From Candidatus Foliamicus sp. (GTDB lineage: Bacteria > Pseudomonadota > Gammaproteobacteria > Steroidobacterales > Foliamicaceae), in assembly GCA_965238055.1 (NCBI GenBank), contig OZ250178.1:2841184-2905183 (forward strand): a stretch of 64,000 bases of DNA, in the 5' to 3' direction. This document shows positions 11,066 to 19,502 of the stretch, one piece after another. The position numbers and the translations under genes were made by a program. The notes below the pieces were generated by a model. It saw only the letters and a program-made list of their open reading frames with translations, ran no database searches and was not told the origin of the DNA. Within the stretch, counting starts at the first letter, position 1. Every line of letters starts with the position of its first letter.

Positions 11066-12426
11066 TGCGACTGCACGCATCTCCGGGAACGAGGGCGTCC
11101 CTGGGAACGAGGGCGTCTCGCCCTCGACGAGCGCGAACACGCCGTCACTCCCAATTGATCATCCTCGGCTTCCTGGCGCTCCTCCCGCTCACCGCCTCGG
11201 CGCAGCTCGACGTGGTCATCACCCGCTCCACCCAGCGGGCGATACCCATCGCCGTGATCCCGTTCGAATGGAAAATAACCTTGGGCCTGCCCGAAGACTT
11301 GGCGCGAATCGTCGAAGCCGATCTGGAACGGACCGGGCAGTTTGAACCCCTGGGGCGCGAGCTGATGATCACGCGGCCCACCCGCTTCGCCGATATGCGC
11401 CTGGGCAACTGGCGCATCATGGACGTGGAAGCCGTGCTGATGGGGCAGGTGACCGGCAGCGAGACCGAAATGGTGGTCGAGTTCGATCTGGTGGACGTGT
11501 ATGCGGGGAAGTCTCTGCTTGCCTACCGGCTGCGAACTACGCGTGAAGGTTTGCGCGCCACGGCCCATCGAGTAGCGGACCTCGTATACGAACAACTCAC
11601 GGGTGCACCGGGAGCTTTCTCTACGCGCCTGGCCTACGTGCAGGTTGCCCCCGATCGCGAGGAATTCAGGCTGGTGGTGGCGGACGCAGACGGCCAGAAT
11701 CCGATCGTTGTGCTGCGTTCCACGGAGTCCATCATGTCGCCGAGCTGGTCGCCGAATGGTTCGCAGATCGCCTACGTTTCGTTTGAAGCCGGTTATGCCG
11801 AGGTGTTCGTGCAGGAGGTGGCGACCGGCCAGCGCCGCCCCCTGACGCCGGACCGGGTGACCAGCAGCGCTCCCGCGTGGTCCCCGGACAGCAAGTCCCT
11901 GGCGGTTGCCCGGAACGTCGGGGCCAACAGTGACATCTACATCTATCCGCTTGCGGGAGGAGAGCCGCTACGTTTGACGCGGCATTCCGCAACCGAGACC
12001 GAGCCGGAATTCTCCGCCGACGGGGGCGAGTTGTATTTCACTTCGGATCGCGGGATCGGCCCGCAGGTGTACGTCATTCCGTCCGGCGGCGGGCGAGCGC
12101 GCCGAGTGAGTTTTACCGGCAGCTACAACGCGCGTCCGCGGGTGCAGCCGGCGGGCAGGCAATTGGCCCTGGTCCACCAGCAGGACGGGCGTTTCCGGAT
12201 CGGCCTGCTGGATCCACGGGACGATTCACTGCGCTTGCTTACGAACGGGCCCCTGGATGAATCACCGAGCTTCGCCCCGAACGGCCGTGCGGTGATCTTC
12301 GCGGCCGGAACGACTGCCGGCCGGGGATTGGGTGTGTATTTCATCGACAGCGGCGTGCTGCGCCTGCTGCGCGCGCCCGAAGGCTTCCTGCGTGAACCCG
12401 CCTGGGGGCCCTATGAAACGAATTAA
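11065..12426 (+). CDS. tolB: Tol-Pal system beta-propeller protein TolB (start uncertain)
   Basis: WD-like TolB repeats (SPSWSPNGSQIAYVSFE, SAPAWSPDSKSLAV, EPEFSADGGELYFTSDR, SPSFAPNGRAVIF). The ATG overlaps the tolA stop (TGATG). Codons ~7-22 are encoded by a REP-like repeat; an in-frame TTG at 11155 is the alternative start. Confidence 0.9.
   Translation: MRLHASPGTRASLGTRASRPRRARTRRHSQLIILGFLALLPLTASAQLDVVITRSTQRAIPIAVIPFEWKITLGLPEDLARIVEADLERTGQFEPLGRELMITRPTRFADMRLGNWRIMDVEAVLMGQVTGSETEMVVEFDLVDVYAGKSLLAYRLRTTREGLRATAHRVADLVYEQLTGAPGAFSTRLAYVQVAPDREEFRLVVADADGQNPIVVLRSTESIMSPSWSPNGSQIAYVSFEAGYAEVFVQEVATGQRRPLTPDRVTSSAPAWSPDSKSLAVARNVGANSDIYIYPLAGGEPLRLTRHSATETEPEFSADGGELYFTSDRGIGPQVYVIPSGGGRARRVSFTGSYNARPRVQPAGRQLALVHQQDGRFRIGLLDPRDDSLRLLTNGPLDESPSFAPNGRAVIFAAGTTAGRGLGVYFIDSGVLRLLRAPEGFLREPAWGPYETN
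11085..11130. repeat. REP-like repeat (half unit + full unit CTGGGAACGAGGGCGTCTCGCCCTCGACGA)
   Basis: Direct sequence match to units at 12429, 29495 and 37699, and to reverse-complement units at 46469 and 47892. Confidence 0.8.
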
Positions 12427-12428
12427 CT

Positions 12429-12481
12429 CTGGGAACGAGGGCGTCCCGCCCTCGACGAGGACGAGACGTCCTCGCTCCCAG
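12429..12481. repeat. REP-like composite palindrome in the tolB-pal spacer
   Basis: CTGGGAACGAGGGCGTCCCGCCCTCGACGAGGACGAGACGTCCTCGCTCCCAG. The outer arms CTGGGAaCGAGG / CCTCGcTCCCAG pair, and there is an inner GAGGGCG/CGCCCTC hairpin. Confidence 0.8.
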
Positions 12482-12512
12482 CAAACCCGAAGTAACCATC
12501 AAAGGTGAACAC

Positions 12513-13103
12513 ATGAAATTCTTCAGCAAAACGAATGCCTGTCTTGTGGTCCTGCTGGCCGTAGTCCTGGCGGGTTGCGAGACTTCCTCCAGCTCCGCGC
12601 GTCCACAGCCGGGCGTGGATCAAGCAGGCGGGCCGGCGGCGCCCTCCGGCGGCGCTTCAACCGCAGGGGCCGGAGGCGGTGCGACGGCGACCGGTACGGT
12701 AATCAACAGGCCTGGACTTCGGACGCCGGCGCAACCCGGGCAGGGCGCTTCCGGAGAATGGCTGGGCGGCCCTTCAGGCACGCTGGTAATCTATTTCGAC
12801 TACGACCGCAGCACCATTCGCGCGGAATACGGCGAAGTCCTCCAGGCACACGGCGCCTGGCTGGCCGCGAATCCTGGCCGTGGCGTGCGGCTTGAGGGTC
12901 ATGCCGATGAACGCGGAACGCCGGAATACAACCTGGCCCTTGGGGCCAGAAGGTCGAATGCCGTAGCTCAAGCCCTCACGGCGCTGGGAGCGGGCAGTGG
13001 GCAATGGACCGCGGTAAGCTTCGGTGAGGAGAAGCCGGTGGCGGGCGGCGCCAATGAGGTAGCCTGGTCGAGGAACCGCCGCGTGGAGTTGTTGTATGAA
13101 TGA
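12513..13103 (+). CDS. pal: peptidoglycan-associated lipoprotein Pal (OmpA family)
   Basis: Lipobox LAGC, Gly/Ala-rich linker and an OmpA-like domain (IYFDYDRSTIR..., LEGHADERGTPEYNLALGARRSNAV..., NRRVEL). Confidence 0.92.
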   Translation: MKFFSKTNACLVVLLAVVLAGCETSSSSARPQPGVDQAGGPAAPSGGASTAGAGGGATATGTVINRPGLRTPAQPGQGASGEWLGGPSGTLVIYFDYDRSTIRAEYGEVLQAHGAWLAANPGRGVRLEGHADERGTPEYNLALGARRSNAVAQALTALGAGSGQWTAVSFGEEKPVAGGANEVAWSRNRRVELLYE

Positions 13104-13929
13104 GACAAGATGGCCGGTCCTGGCGGTAGCGCTGGCACTCGGCGTCACGCTGGCGGCGCCGGCCGATGCGCAGCGGCGTCGCGACCGCGACGTGCTGGCC
13201 GAACTGGAGACCCGGGTCGGCGTTCTGGAAGGACAGATTCGTGCCGACAACGTCGTAGCCCTGATCAACGCGCAGGATGAGTTACGGCGCGAGATAAAGG
13301 CGCTGCGCGACGCAGTAGAGCTGCTTGACCAGGACCTGCAACAGAATGCGGAGTTGCGGCGAAGCCAGTTTGCAGCGCTGGAAGAGCGCCTGGCGGCGCT
13401 CGAGGCTGGAGGCTTTTCGATTGTGCCGGTCGGCCCGCAGGCCCCGGAAGCGCAGCCTGGAGGTCCGGCCGGCGCAGCCAACCAGGGCGCCGGCGCGGCG
13501 CCCGGACAGCAGCCGGCGGGAACCGGCGAACCCGGGATTGCCGCAGGCAGCCAGCAAAATTATGAGCAGGCCCGAGACCTCCTTGGCCAGGGACAGTACC
13601 AGGCCGCCGCTGCAGAGTTTGTCCGCTACCTTGAGGCGGATTCTCCGGGGGGCCTGGCGGCCAATGCGCGCTACTGGTTGGGCGAAACCTACTACGTCCA
13701 GGGGCTCTACGCGGAGGCAGGCGCGGAATTCTCCCGGGTGGTCTCGGATTACCCCGACTCCAACAAGCTTCCGGACGCGCTCCTCAAGCTCGGATATACC
13801 CAGGATGAGCTGGGCGATACCGCCGCTGCGATGCAGACGCTGGAACGCGTACGCCAGGACTTCGCCGGCGCCGATTCGGCTAATCTGGCAACCATCCGCC
13901 TGGCCCAGATCGAGGCTCGCTCACGCTAG
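13096..13929 (+). CDS. cpoB: cell division coordinator CpoB (YbgF), TPR protein
   Basis: Signal peptide, coiled-coil N-domain and C-terminal TPR region (ARYWLGETYYVQGLYAEAGAEFSRVVSDYPDSNKLPDALLKLGY). Follows pal with an 8-nt overlap. Confidence 0.9.
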   Translation: MNETRWPVLAVALALGVTLAAPADAQRRRDRDVLAELETRVGVLEGQIRADNVVALINAQDELRREIKALRDAVELLDQDLQQNAELRRSQFAALEERLAALEAGGFSIVPVGPQAPEAQPGGPAGAANQGAGAAPGQQPAGTGEPGIAAGSQQNYEQARDLLGQGQYQAAAAEFVRYLEADSPGGLAANARYWLGETYYVQGLYAEAGAEFSRVVSDYPDSNKLPDALLKLGYTQDELGDTAAAMQTLERVRQDFAGADSANLATIRLAQIEARSR

Positions 13930-13948
13930 CACCGCAGGCGCGACTGCC

Positions 13949-14749
13949 ATGACCACACGTCGCACCCTCATCATGAACGGTCTTGTCCTGGGTTCGTCCG
14001 GCCTCCTCGGCGCCAGACTTTCAGGCGCCGCCGGTTCGGCGCGAGCCCCCGACGAAAACCCGCTCACCATTGCCGTCTTGGGGGCAACCGGGCGCACCGG
14101 TAAGCATGTTGTCGATGATCTCACTGCGCGCGGCCATGCGGTGCGCGGTATTTCCAGGAGCGCTGGCCAGCAGCCCCTGCGAGACGGCGTGGTTTGGATC
14201 AGCGCTGATGTGCGCAAACCGGAAACGCTACGCGCGGCGCTTGAGGACGTGGATGCGCTGGTGTATGCGGTGGGCGTGACCTTCTCCCAAGTCGAAGTCA
14301 GCGCGCTGTACGACGTGTATCACACAGGTGTTGCGGATACGGCGGATCTGGCCAGACAGGCAGGCGTAAGGCGCTTCGTGCTGCTTTCGTCTGCCGGCCG
14401 TTCGCCCGCCAGCGAAATGCCCGAGGAACTCCGTCCCTCGATGGATGCCAAGGCCAAAGGCGAAGCTGCGCTGCGCGCTTCCGGAATCCATTACACCATT
14501 TCGCGCACCCCCGGTTTGTGGAATCGGCCCGGCGGCGAATACGGCATCCTCTTTTTACAAACTGAGCCCATCCCGCCCGGCGGGCCCTACATGATCTGTC
14601 GGCAGGACAGCGCCTCGGTGCTGGCCGAATGCGCTGTTGGCGAAAACGCGATCAACAAGACCTTCACGGTCCTGAACGCCATCACCTACAAGGTTGGGGC
14701 CTGGCGCAACGCTTTGCCGTTTCTGCAAAAGGATCCCCCATCCGGGTAG
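13949..14749 (+). CDS. NAD(P)H-binding (NmrA/atypical SDR-like) protein with twin-arginine signal
   Basis: ATG at 13949 gives MTTRRTLIMNGLVLGSSGLLGARLSGAAGSARA (Tat-like), then the Rossmann motif IAVLGATGRTGKHVV. The listed 474-aa ORF from 13325 overlaps cpoB out of frame, so I rejected its 5' part. Confidence 0.75.
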   Translation: MTTRRTLIMNGLVLGSSGLLGARLSGAAGSARAPDENPLTIAVLGATGRTGKHVVDDLTARGHAVRGISRSAGQQPLRDGVVWISADVRKPETLRAALEDVDALVYAVGVTFSQVEVSALYDVYHTGVADTADLARQAGVRRFVLLSSAGRSPASEMPEELRPSMDAKAKGEAALRASGIHYTISRTPGLWNRPGGEYGILFLQTEPIPPGGPYMICRQDSASVLAECAVGENAINKTFTVLNAITYKVGAWRNALPFLQKDPPSG

Positions 14750-14812
14750 TCGCCAGGGGCTGCCACAGCACGCTCGAGCCGAATCACCTTCGCGGCTACA
14801 ATTGCCGCCCAC

Positions 14813-14885
14813 GGGTCGTTAGCTCAGTTGGCAGAGCATCTGGCTTTTAACCAGTTGGTCGCAGGTTCGATTCCTGCACGACCCA
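14813..14885 (+). tRNA. tRNA-Lys (anticodon UUU)
   Basis: GGGTCGTTAGCTCAGTTGGCAGAGCATCTGGCTTTTAACCAGTTGGTCGCAGGTTCGATTCCTGCACGACCCA. Acceptor GGGTCGT/ACGACCC, T-loop TTCGATT, anticodon loop CTTTTAA. CCA is not encoded. The same position relative to pal-cpoB as lysT in E. coli. Confidence 0.93.
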
Positions 14886-14981
14886 CTTAACTGAAACAGA
14901 AAAGTCTTATAAATCAAACACCACGAAACGGACCGTCAGTCTGTTTTGATTCTCCCCGTAACCTGGCCGGAGATACAAGGA

Positions 14982-15773
14982 ATGAAAGAGCTGTTCGGAT
15001 TTCTCGCGGCAAGCGCCTTGGCAATGGCAAGCGCGTTTGCCGATATCGTTGATCCTCGCTTGTACCTGCCGTCCCCGGGAGACCAGGTGATCGACAGCGG
15101 TGTAGTGAATGTATCCCGCAAGGGTCAACCCATTAGTAGTGAAGAATTCGAGGTTATTCGTCGCGCAGATGGGGGCCGGACGATTGTCAGCGTTGTGACC
15201 GCTGCTGATGGCAGCTTTGATGTTCAGGCGCGCTGGGACTATGACGCCGACGAAGAGGCCATAAGCGCAATAGGTTGGGGAAAGCATGCTGAGCGTGCGT
15301 TTGAAGTGACTTTGGCAAGAGACGCCGATGCAGCCACCATGTCGGTTGCATACGAGTCCGGCGAACGGGTGACGTATAAGGGAGAGTGCCCGCCAGGTTG
15401 TTTGATGGATATGATGCCGGGTGCTATACCGCAATTCACAATGTCGCGACGCTATGACACCGACAGGGCGGGAGTGCAGGATTTTCGCTGGATGGCTTTC
15501 GTGTTGAACCAGGATATGAGGTCATTCGACGTCGTTGTCAGCATTGATCATTTGCGGGATTCCAGGGTTACTCGCGCTGATGGATCAGAGATCGTCGTTC
15601 GTCATTTTGTGTTTGATGAGAAAGGTTCGCTGGACGGTGTCGGCGAGGGATACGAAACGCACTCAAATTTCTGGGTGGATACGATGCACCGCCCGATCAA
15701 ATTCAAGGTTGGCCAAACCATCGGTTTACGCGCGGGCTTTGAAGATATTGACGATAAGCTGGCGCCTCATTGA
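14982..15773 (+). CDS. hypothetical secreted protein
   Basis: ATG at 14982 after AAGGA. Signal peptide MKELFGFLAASALAMASAFA. No recognisable motif. Sits in a visibly more AT-rich stretch after tRNA-Lys. Confidence 0.55.
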   Translation: MKELFGFLAASALAMASAFADIVDPRLYLPSPGDQVIDSGVVNVSRKGQPISSEEFEVIRRADGGRTIVSVVTAADGSFDVQARWDYDADEEAISAIGWGKHAERAFEVTLARDADAATMSVAYESGERVTYKGECPPGCLMDMMPGAIPQFTMSRRYDTDRAGVQDFRWMAFVLNQDMRSFDVVVSIDHLRDSRVTRADGSEIVVRHFVFDEKGSLDGVGEGYETHSNFWVDTMHRPIKFKVGQTIGLRAGFEDIDDKLAPH

Positions 15774-15811
15774 GGATTAGCGCGGGCCAGGAAAACCGCC
15801 GCTTTGAGTCT

Positions 15812-16129
15812 TCACGCCACGGCACTCAGGCCGTTCTTTGCAACCAGCGTCAATAGCTTCAAGGAGGCGCCCCGAGGCCGCTTCTCGCCTCGCTCCCATT
15901 GGCTCACCAAGCCTGTGCTCACGTTGAGGTAGCGCGCGAAGACTGCTTGACTCGCATGCTCGCGGAGCCGTAGCGCACGAATTTCCTCCGCGGTTATTTC
16001 CTCGACCGGCGTGAGGCACATTTCGTCAAAGGTCCGCATGGTCTGTTTCGGCATAACCCCTGCGTCGTGCAACCCTAGCGCCACCTCGTGCGCGGCTGCC
16101 AAGGCCTCGCTTTTGTATCTCTTAGTCAT
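15812..16129 (-). CDS. XRE-family HTH antitoxin (HigA/NadS-like)
   Basis: C-terminal HTH (SQAVFARYLNVSTGLVSQWERGEKRPRGASLKLL). 8-nt overlap with the upstream toxin-like ORF. Confidence 0.8.
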   Translation of the reverse strand: MTKRYKSEALAAAHEVALGLHDAGVMPKQTMRTFDEMCLTPVEEITAEEIRALRLREHASQAVFARYLNVSTGLVSQWERGEKRPRGASLKLLTLVAKNGLSAVA

Positions 16130-16496
16130 CGCATGTCACCTCGACAATTGTTCCATTCGCCAAGGCAGCTTCCAGGCTCGCCCCCGCAAGATTTAGCATT
16201 TCGTCCGCAAGCCTCCGGTATGCCTTAAGTTCGTCTCGGCGGAGGTTTTTCCGGCTACTCTTGGCGAATCCATAGACGAAAAATGCCAGTTTGCCGCGCC
16301 GGAACAGCATGATGGCGCGGATTCCTCCCGATCTGCCACCTCCCTGCCGGGCGATGCGCTGCTTGATGACGCCGCCGCCGAGGTCAGCGTCGATCGCACC
16401 CGCTCGCACGCGTCGGGCCACTTCGCATAAGGCAGCATCCCTCAGTCCCTCGCGATCCGCGATACGGGCGAAAGCCTTCGTCTTGAAAGTCTGCAC
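16122..16496 (-). CDS. RelE/HigB-like type II toxin (toxin-first operon)
   Basis: 124 aa. ...GGVIKQRIARQGGGRSGGIRAIMLFRRGKLAFFVYGFAKSSRKNL... is typical of the RelE-fold toxins that pair with XRE antitoxins. Gene order and overlap fit a higBA-type module. Confidence 0.75.
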   Translation of the reverse strand: MQTFKTKAFARIADREGLRDAALCEVARRVRAGAIDADLGGGVIKQRIARQGGGRSGGIRAIMLFRRGKLAFFVYGFAKSSRKNLRRDELKAYRRLADEMLNLAGASLEAALANGTIVEVTCDD

Positions 16497-16868
16497 AACT
16501 CATCCTGAGTACGCCTTACATCATCCTCTATTGCAACACTAAGTGCGACCTTTTGTCAATCTCTCGTTCAGGACAGACGGGCATTGGGACAGTATTGGGG
16601 TGACACTTAAGGAGTCAACCGGACAACCCGGACACCAGCCCCACGGGCGCGCCAATCGGCATCAGAGGCCCTCCGTGGTATGGGGTTAGACAGCCAAAGA
16701 TCAGGAAAATTCTCAACCCTAATGGACCAGCCTATGGAGGGAAGATCAGATCAACCGACTCATCGAAGACAATTGATCGAAAGGGCTCGCATTTGCACTT
16801 GTGCTTGTTTCCCGATGCACTGGGGGGTTTTGCCTGGTGACCGCTGAGTCTTGGGTGAGTCGCCATGG

Positions 16869-17353
16869 TCACGGGTTCAAGACACGGGCGCCTCGGAGTG
16901 CGATTTCGACGATCTCTTGTTTCATGACTCTTTCCGGGAAGAAATAAGCTATCCGGTTGACGAATGCGAGCCAGAGTTCGTTGCTGGAGAACTTGTCTGC
17001 AGCGCTGATCTCCAGAAACGCATGTGCGTCGGCTCGCCGGATTCCCGTGGCGGTAATTGAAGCTCGCCTTCCCCGTAAGTCTGATCATGCGCCGGGCCCG
17101 CCATCGTTTCGCTCGACATCGAGTACTCCTGGCCTACGCAATGAATGAAGGTGCGGGGAAGGCCTTCCCAGCCTCCGTTTTGAAGTTCTAGCTGATCCGT
17201 CCAACCTCGCATGGGGTGGAGCGCAATCTTCTTTTTCAGCAGCGCCTGAATTTCGGTCTCGGAGTCCGGCGCCAGCATCTTGAGCGGGTAGGAATCGCAG
17301 TAGCTCATCTGGTAGCCGTCGACGAACTTCTTCCACCACGATTTCTTCGCCAA
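16869..17353 (-). pseudogene. frameshifted remnant, possibly the C-terminal half of an alpha/beta hydrolase
   Basis: Two minus-strand frames carry protein-like text: ...GLPRTFIHCVGQEYS..., then after a frame change RRADAHAFLEISAADKFSSNELWLAFVNRIAYFFPERVMKQEIVEIALRGARVLNP*. No intact ORF spans both. Confidence 0.3.
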
Positions 17354-17478
17354 GGCGCTCGCCAGGATCGCGCGAGGCTTTTGAACTGGATCTGGAACGC
17401 TACCCGGTCATTAACCGCCTCTGCTTCCGCGGTAATGTCGAAACCTCAAGCACATGGCCGAAAGGCGACAAGGGGCAT

Positions 17479-18225
17479 CTAGTCCCTTGAGTAGTCGAAT
17501 GCGATGCGGGCACTGGCCCATCGCTCAATCGGCACGTCATTGTGCAACAACGGATTGAATCTCGATTGCCTGAGGGCATTGGCAGCGGGACGCTCGAACA
17601 GAGGACTCAGCGTATTCTCGATGACACAGAGTTTGCGCACACTGCCGCCCGTACTGATGAGGACTTTGAACTCCACATAACCCTTGACGTCGGCATTGGC
17701 ACTAGCCCTCACGCATTGGATACGCGGGTACATTGGTTCTACCAAGAGGATTGGCACAGCTTCTTCAAGTGGTAGATCTTCAGCTTTCGGAATCTCGACT
17801 AGCGGAATCTCGACTAGTATGTCGCCATCCATTGCTGCAGGCTTCTCGGCTGTAGGGCTTCTTCGGTCATTCAATTGAAACACTATCCTGGTTTCGGCCC
17901 AGCGGTTCACAGTCACGCCATCGACCACCCGCGGCTTGAATTTCCAGAGTCGAACAGCCCGTAAGGTATTTACCTCGAAAACACAGCCTGGAGAAGACTC
18001 GGTTATCCTCGCGCGCAAGACAGAGCCATCGGTACCGATGAGCAGCTCAAGCTCTACGTAACCCTCTATGCCATCCCTCAGAGCCTCAGGAGGATACTGG
18101 GGTTCGACGAGGAGGTACGGCGCCGCATCCCCCTCTATATCTGTCAACGGAGTGTCAGGATGAGCCTTGCTGACGATAAACATTAACGCCAGCGCGATAA
18201 ATACCCTGCCGGAGCGCCAAGTCAA
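17479..18225 (-). CDS. secreted protein with two TonB C-terminal-like domains
   Basis: The two halves resemble each other and TonB_C: LLVEPQYPPEALRDGIEGYVELELLIGTDGSVLRARI...LWKFKPRVVDG, and LLVEPMYPRIQCVRASANADVKGYVEFKVLISTGGSV...RFNPLLHND. Signal-like VFIALALMFIVSKA. Start is TTG 18225 or ATG 18183. The rest of the listed 550-aa ORF overlaps the next gene and was rejected. Confidence 0.7.
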   Translation of the reverse strand: MTWRSGRVFIALALMFIVSKAHPDTPLTDIEGDAAPYLLVEPQYPPEALRDGIEGYVELELLIGTDGSVLRARITESSPGCVFEVNTLRAVRLWKFKPRVVDGVTVNRWAETRIVFQLNDRRSPTAEKPAAMDGDILVEIPLVEIPKAEDLPLEEAVPILLVEPMYPRIQCVRASANADVKGYVEFKVLISTGGSVRKLCVIENTLSPLFERPAANALRQSRFNPLLHNDVPIERWASARIAFDYSRD

Positions 18226-18296
18226 CGCACTTCGTTCACAGTCCTCTATCTTCGGCGAGCACAAGGGCAGAAGTCTCCGCGCAAAATCAGCGCACG

Positions 18297-19502
18297 CTAG
18301 GCCGGCTTGGTGGCGTTCATCACGCCGAAGCGCGGCAGGGCGACTGGCCCCTCCTCGTTGAGATCGAAACCGGCGGACCGGATGAGGTCCTGCAGCCCGT
18401 TGGTGCGGTACTTGATGGTCCACACCTCGTTGTTCCAGCGGTGGTCCCACCAGCGGCGGTACTGTCCGTATGCCGTGCGGGGACGTGGGTACTTCAGATT
18501 GAAGTCTATGGGGTAGAAAATTCCACCGGGGCGCGTGATGCGGTAGGCCTCGTTGACGATGTCCTTCGTGCCCTTGGGCGAGACTTCGTGGAACATGATG
18601 TAGCTGGTCACCAGGTCGAAGTAGTTGTCGGGAAACCGTGTGTCCTCGGCCAGGCGCTGGGCGAAGTTGACATCCTGCCCCCTTTCCACCGCGCGCAGGT
18701 GAGCGTAACGCACCATTGGGCCGCCCACATCGAGCCCCCACACTTCCGCATCCGGGAAACGCTCCTTGAGCGCCATGGCCAACTGGCCGATACCGGTGCC
18801 GATGTCGAGAATGCGTTTGACCTTGCCGTCCGCCGGGATCGGCAGACCGAGGGCAGCCGTCATGTGCAGTGCATCCTGTTCGTTGCGTCCGGTATAGAAG
18901 CCTTTGGTGCCGTAGTCGTACATGTGCCCGGCGAAGTCGTTGCCCACGTAGCCGCCCGGCTGGATATGGATCTCGTGGCGGGTGTAATCGGGCATCTCGA
19001 GGTCCGGGTTCAATTCCAGGGTTCCGGGCCCCCGGTTGTCGACCGCTTCCATCTCGCGCAGATAGGTGTCCGCGTTGTCCTCGCACTCGGTCTTGATGTT
19101 GTTCCATGACAATTGCTGCACCGACATCCACGTTCGGGTTCTGGCGCCTATTACAGGATCGTCTTCCAAAAGCGCGATGGCCTCTTGCAGCGGCAGCTCC
19201 GCCTCCGGCGAAATGCCCTTGCTGGCCAGAATATCGTTCGCCCGCCGGCCGGCGGCTTCGCTCATGGTCTGGTTGGCAAAGGTGCGGACCGACATCAGGA
19301 AATCCATCCTGCTTTCCAGGTCGATTTCGGGCAGGCGCTCCATGCGTCCGTTGCGCCCCCGGGGCGCTAGCGTGCCCGGCACACTTTCGGGCAGCTTTGG
19401 TGGGGGCGGCAGATCGGCCCGCGCAGAGCGGCTTGCGAACGGCGCCGCCACCAGGGATGCCATGCCGGCGAACAAACCCATTAAGGATCGGCGATTAATC
19501 AT
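18297..19502 (-). CDS. class I SAM-dependent methyltransferase-fold protein with Tat-type signal peptide
   Basis: N-terminus MINRRSLMGLFAGMASLVAAPFASRSARA. Motif I ILDIGTGIGQLAMAL, then ...DLVTSYIMFHEV...ITRPGGIFY. Paralog of 26260..27309. Confidence 0.8.
   Translation of the reverse strand: MINRRSLMGLFAGMASLVAAPFASRSARADLPPPPKLPESVPGTLAPRGRNGRMERLPEIDLESRMDFLMSVRTFANQTMSEAAGRRANDILASKGISPEAELPLQEAIALLEDDPVIGARTRTWMSVQQLSWNNIKTECEDNADTYLREMEAVDNRGPGTLELNPDLEMPDYTRHEIHIQPGGYVGNDFAGHMYDYGTKGFYTGRNEQDALHMTAALGLPIPADGKVKRILDIGTGIGQLAMALKERFPDAEVWGLDVGGPMVRYAHLRAVERGQDVNFAQRLAEDTRFPDNYFDLVTSYIMFHEVSPKGTKDIVNEAYRITRPGGIFYPIDFNLKYPRPRTAYGQYRRWWDHRWNNEVWTIKYRTNGLQDLIRSAGFDLNEEGPVALPRFGVMNATKPA

Noticed and set aside
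13325-13948. 5' extension of the listed 474-aa ORF (13325..14749)
   Set aside because: This part overlaps cpoB in another frame and is Arg/Pro/Ser-rich. The in-frame ATG at 13949 gives a Tat signal followed directly by a Rossmann motif.
18226-19131. Upstream two-thirds of the listed 550-aa ORF (17479..19131)
   Set aside because: It overlaps the methyltransferase gene out of frame with an Arg/Gly/Pro/His-rich translation. Only the C-terminal ~248 aa (double TonB_C) look real.
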